In this document: in pieces, positions 59,101 to 64,000 of the stretch
Numbering within the stretch: the stretch's first letter is position 1
Layout of the letters: each line of letters opens with the position of its first letter
NCBI GenBank assembly: GCA_964187785.1
Contig: OZ076409.1
Span: 39,308,001 to 39,372,000, forward strand
DNA from: Amphiscolops sp. MND2022
Lineage: Eukaryota
Length of the DNA stretch: 64,000 nucleotides
Direction of reading: 5' to 3'
Made by a program: the position numbers and the translations under genes
The notes under the pieces: model-generated
What the model saw: the letters and a program-made list of their open reading frames with translations, nothing else
Told to the model about the DNA's origin: nothing
The model's database searches: none

Positions 59101-61978
59101 TCAAGAGCTCGCAAGCGAAAGGGTGCTGTCCATGTCTTCCAATCTGGCTTCGTATAGGGCGCTGCTGGGCAGCATCTCGCGTAAGATGTTAGCATCCTCG
59201 GACTCCTCCCCCGAAACGGGACCAGATTCAGACTCTGCGAGCTCGTCATACAACTCGAACAGTTCCGCGGCTGAAAAGAACACGGTTGAAACTATCGTGG
59301 AAAATCCATCCAAATGATTAAAAGTACTGATTGTTTGTTTTCCTAAAATGGTTCCAAGAATGCAGCTTTCTTCAAACAGCTCTTCAGACAGCTTCAATCA
59401 CAAGATCCAACAAAATTTTTGCCTGAAATGAACTCAAATGCTGATTCAAAACAGCATGTAACAAGGTCTAACTTGAAGGGTTTTTTGTCTCCTAAGTAGA
59501 GGAAGAACTCTAATGGAACGGAAATGCCTACAAAATGCACTTTGTAAAAGCTACAATTGGTTGACTCATCTCAATCTTCTACCCACCAACATACACTCAA
59601 TGACCAAATTGCAAACACAAAATTTAATTAGTAAACTGACAAAACTGTACATTTTGACATGACAATAAGCAACTCTTAACCCTCTTTTTAGTCGGCGCTT
59701 TTCTTTAGGTTTCCCGCGGAACATACAATACCGGACGAGACCAAAGGGTCCATTTTTTCGGCACTGTGCGACTTTTCTCAAAAAAAAATTCCCACGAAAG
59801 ACCCCCCCCCCTTCAATTTTTTTGGAGTTTTGCAACAAAAAGGATGTTGAAAATCCCAAAGGGTCCTGCCTTTCAGTTTTTTTCGGCATTGTGAGACTTT
59901 TTTTCAATTTTTTCAAATAAGCAGTCCTAATTCACAAATACTTGGAAATTTTGAAGTCCTTTTGCTATTTTTGTGCCTTGGATATGGCGCCGACATGGGC
60001 CGTTCCCGGCTTGTTTTTAGTTCGTTTGGATCTTCTATTTGGACACTTAACAGATGTTGATTCTCAAGGGTGAGAACACGATGAACCATTAGGCTCGTTT
60101 CTCATCCTAATTGAATATATTTGTTTCTCCCAATGCTTTGTTCAAGTGAAACCGTTTACATATCCAATTGAATTAACGTTTCTTCTTTCTTTCTTCAACT
60201 TGAGCGGAAAAATAATGTCTTTGCTCCAAGCACACCTGTTTGAAAGCTTCAAAATTTGAAGTATTTTGTGTTGCCAAAACATCCTAATAACTCAATACAT
60301 GGCCGCAAAATTAATTGTGAGTGCCTGGCTGGCTGGCAGGCTAATATCCAAACTTTGTTATTTTCCGACCACACATTTTTAATGTTTTTTTCCAAATTCT
60401 GCCATAAATCGACTCTTCACGTCATCCACTCTTCTCTCTCTCACTACACTCTCTCACTCACTTAGTTCTCGCTCTCACTACACTCTCTCACTCACTTAGT
60501 TCTCACTCATTTAGAGGGGGAATAATATCTAAAGTCAAAAAAGGGAGTAAGATCTAAAATCAGTAAATTTTAGATCTTATTCTTTAGATCCTCTTCCCAC
60601 ACTCCCAAAATAGCTATGGTTCAGTTGGTGAAGGCGAAGAGGGCGGAAAATATCCCGGTGCTTAGCGGGCGTCTTGTATTACATTAAGGTCTCTTTTAGT
60701 GTTTGAACACTGCCAATTGCGCTTAACCTGGTATAAATTCTGTTGTTAACAGTACGTCTCTCAACAAGCTGGGAACGACATGAGTAGGTGCCACGCTTGA
60801 GACGTGAAACTACACCAGTGGATAAATGGAACGCAAGCATCTAAATAAATCGCGTGAATATTGATATTGATAGGCTACTACAGCAACAGTTGGCCCCAAC
60901 ACTCAAATTTTTCGATCCTCTTGTAAACTGTTACTTTTTTCACATATTTTTGTCATACAAAAGAGGTGCACGGATATGAATTCACGAGGTTTGCACTTCC
61001 AGACCGTGTTCGACATTTTTATTTAAATTTTACCCAACTTTATCTTAGTTTCGTTTTCGTCACTTTAGACATTACGGAATCTATGTGCTTTTTCTAACGA
61101 CTTCACGAAGGGCACCATATGAGTTCATGCATGGAAACGGCATGAAAATATCGTTTGCAATCATATAGTTCCACATGGGCGGGTGGTTATGAATTTCAAG
61201 AGCCGAAAAACTTTCATATCTACAAATCTAAATCTGGATATAAACAATTGACCGTGCTCAAGAAGAAGAAAAGTTCCCCATATCCACAGTTCTGCTTTCC
61301 TAATCGCCGCCCTTTCGGATACGGCCTCCCCATAGCAAGCTATGGTACCATACTTGCAGCCAAGTGGTCAATCAATAGTGGACTTGAAGCTGTGGTTTTA
61401 AAGTCACCTGCTCAAGGTCACAAAGGTCTGACTACTCGTTGCTTTTTTTGTATCTGTTTTTGACCGCCGAATGCGTTATTTTCTGTCATTGACCATACCA
61501 CTTAGCTGGGAATGAAGGACTTGCTTAAGTCCCAACGGAAGTTAATTGAAAGAGATTCTAACCGATACCGCCCCAGTTCGAGCCGAATACTTTGACCACT
61601 ACAGTCGTACCAGAGCAAGTTGTTGAACTTTATATACCGGTCCGTTCACTTGTCTTCAGAAAAAGGAAAGCCACCACTATGATATGCATTTTTAAACGAA
61701 AGTTCCAGCTAAAAACTGGAGAGTTCTTTAATATCGTAACTACAAACAAAACACGAATATCTCACCGACTTGATTCACCAGAAGTGGGTTACAGGTATCC
61801 TGGAGGAGAGCAGTTATGAGCCTTCCGTCACATTTCAAGTAAGTTTTCACAAATGATGTCATGTTAGGTTTGGTGAAGTCTGCAGCCAGGGGTCGCCCAC
61901 TTTGTGCTATTCTTCTTTCTTCAGCTGTTTTTAGCAAGAGATTTCCAATGAATAGCGTGTTTGAATGAGTTTTGGTTT
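59101..61978 (-). CDS. Second innexin-like gene: C-terminal exons only
   Basis: Exon ending at 61766 (MTSFVKTYLKCDGRLITALLQDTCNPLLVNQV) aligns with gene 1 (VTSFLSKYLKCDGRFLVTILLECCSPILVQQM). Phase-1 donor G|GTGAG at 61765 and acceptor TTTTCAG| at 59271 give ...NQVAAELFELYDELAESES...SLASS* (59270-59101). Upstream exons not found. Confidence 0.65.
59685..60015. repeat. Abundant dispersed A/T-run-rich repeat ending GGCGCCGAC(T/A)TGGG(T/C)CGTTCCCGGCTTGTT
   Basis: Related copies at ~54680-55209 and ~57660-58195, and in inverse orientation at ~15940-16281. Family class not determinable. Confidence 0.7.
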
Positions 61979-63370
61979 CTAGATTATTATTTGAATTTTC
62001 TTGATTGATTTCAACCAGAATATACCACAGTCATAAGACATTGTTTCAAGTTTTTATTTTGAATTCCATGAAATAGGTTTTGTACGAATTCTATGACATT
62101 CTATTTGGCCTTTCTTCTGCATTCTGATCGAAGACCGAAAAGTGAACTTCGAAGCTTAAAATGGTTGAATCGTAAAAAATCACGTATGAAACATAGTGAT
62201 ACAGATCGTCAATTGAATCATCAAGGTTTTAACGTAAGTCAGAGTCATTTCATTAGAGTTGTATGTGTGAAAGTTCAATCGTTTTGGAAAAAAGTTGCCA
62301 AAAATAGATTAATAACACACGAAGAAATTAGCAACTTTTCTTCGAATCGATTGAACTTTGAGACTATGAAACATTCGCAGTTCCTTGTTTACAATAATTA
62401 CTATTTTCGAATAGGACGTTTTTGTGCCTTTTGTTTTTCGTCAGATACTTTGATTTTGAAACGATAGCTCTTATTAAAACAGGTGTTTTGGTCTGGATGA
62501 TTGACTAGTGACAAAATTGAACCTTTTCTCTCCCTAGTTGAGACTGCAGGAACTTTTTGCATGCTGCAGGCCTGCATTCAGGGTAATTGTTTATAAAACC
62601 TAGAAAATTCAGTGGTAATTCAGGTGGTAAATCTTGTAGAATTACACTGCATTTTCCACTACTGCAATTAAATTTGAAAATAAATACCACTTCATCACCG
62701 ACACAATCACTTTGGATTTACACTTTGTTTTCTCAATTACCATCTTCTGTGATCACCGCCTCTCAAATAGCACGCTAAACATGACACAAATTTGCAGTTT
62801 ATTAGGCGACTGAAGTTATTTTGCATGTTATACTGATATCAACTTATTCGCTTTTAAAATGCTGCTTAATGAAACCTGCAAAACTTTAAGGCTTAAAATT
62901 GCCGTCAAAACTTTGATGAATCTTTCAAGCAGCTTGATAAAAGTTAGATACAACAGGTAAATATTTCCGCATGAAAGTTTCCGTAAGAATTTTAGAAAAT
63001 CATGATAAAAGTTGCTGGCAACATTAAAGTACATGCAAAAAGTTCAAGAAGTTTCAACAAGGGCTGTCAAACGCTCACGCTTCAAAAACCCTTCGTAAAC
63101 CTTTGCACTCAAATTTCAAAATATTTGTCAACAACTATTCTGAACAAGCTTTGCAACTCTCTTTGCAATTTCAGTTTGTCAATCATCAAAATTTATACCA
63201 TTGTTAGAGTTGCATTAGTCTCACTCATCAAAAATGAGATTGAAACGGCAAATTGCTTTGACTCAAAAGATCATCAGACATTCCCAGAAGGCTTGACGCA
63301 TTTTTGCCACAGTGTTAAGATCGCTAAATCTAAGTTTAAAACAGGTTAGGTACAGTAGTTTCTCTTCAGC

Positions 63371-64000
63371 TGTATTGTATCTATCTCAAATGTATAATGG
63401 TAAAGTATGTATCTTTTACACCATATCAACTAAACATAAATAGAGCAGTAGCTAAGTCAGTTGTTTATGAGTTTGTTTGACAACAACACTGTTGCTCTTT
63501 TTGGGTTGTGACCTTCGTATGTCACATTCCTCCCTCTTCATGTGGGTTTGTGGTTTGGGGGTTTTGGGGTGTTGATCCCGTATAATACGGTAGACTTCTT
63601 CTTTTGTCCGTATGTTACGGTCTTCTTCTTCTTCATTGTTTTGTGGTGGTGTCGTCCGTTTTTCCTGTAACAAATTATGGGTATATTTATTTCTTTTACG
63701 GTTATTATTGGTTTGGTAAGGGATACCGCCTAGTTTATCGGTTTGTTTTGCAAATGGTAGTATTCTAGACCTTCTTACGGGTGTTGTTGGTTTAGTTATT
63801 ATGTAGTCGTGGTTTATACCTGTCTCCGGTGATAGTCTCGTTTCTTTCGGGTGAATTTGTAGTTCGTCGTCTACATTCACGTTTATTGGTCTGCCTTCAC
63901 TGTTGTTGTAGCAGTTGAATTCGTCATCTGAGAAGATGCTCAGGTCTAGGTCCGTCATGTTGCCGGTATTCTTTTGTGGGGAAGTAAATTGTCCCTTCTC
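63371..64000 (-). mobile_element. 3' end of another Gypsy element (pol tail, PPT, short LTR)
   Basis: Tail RRSRILPFAKQTDKLGGIPY resembles the RRSTRIKTTNPIIRLGNPI tail at 14300-14370. PPT GAAGAGGGAGGAA is followed by TGTGACA at 63526. The LTR inner-left boundary is approximate. Confidence 0.7.

Noticed and set aside
62505-62690. RT/RNase H-like FLGFINNY motif
   Set aside because: Isolated 8-aa resemblance with no flanking motifs.
62828-63034. Innexin TM3-like stretch (GNIYLLYLTFIKLL) on the minus strand
   Set aside because: It lies in low-complexity A/T-run sequence; no convincing splice sites or downstream YG/Cys motifs.

Overview
Repeat-dense, intron-containing animal DNA (it contains innexin genes), with no prokaryotic features. 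About half the window is two related but divergent ~16-kb Ty3/Gypsy LTR retrotransposons on the minus strand: element G1 at 21364-37327 (TSD GTATG) and element G2 at 38468-54304 (TSD CTTGT). Both share an unusual layout: (i) gag starts inside the LTR and reads through the primer-binding site; (ii) pol is reached by a -1 slippery site; (iii) downstream of pol, on the opposite strand, lies a spliced multi-exon gene whose product has a C2H2/BED-like zinc finger and aligns by eye along its length with hAT-family DNA transposases, with catalytic residues partly or wholly lost; (iv) a third Ser/Pro-rich sense ORF reads through the polypurine tract into U3. G2 is nearly intact (one pol frameshift, almost identical LTRs, and an open 5-exon antisense gene of 1174 aa). 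Both elements sit ~1.1 kb apart in the first copy of a ~3-kb tandem duplication whose second copy keeps both empty sites. Host content is two divergent innexin genes on the minus strand (exons at 3.5-8.4 kb and at 59.1-62.0 kb). The rest is three smaller or decayed Gypsy elements, several non-autonomous TIR elements, a tRNA-derived SINE-like repeat and a ~190-bp palindrome. All homology calls are from reading motifs by eye; no database search was run.
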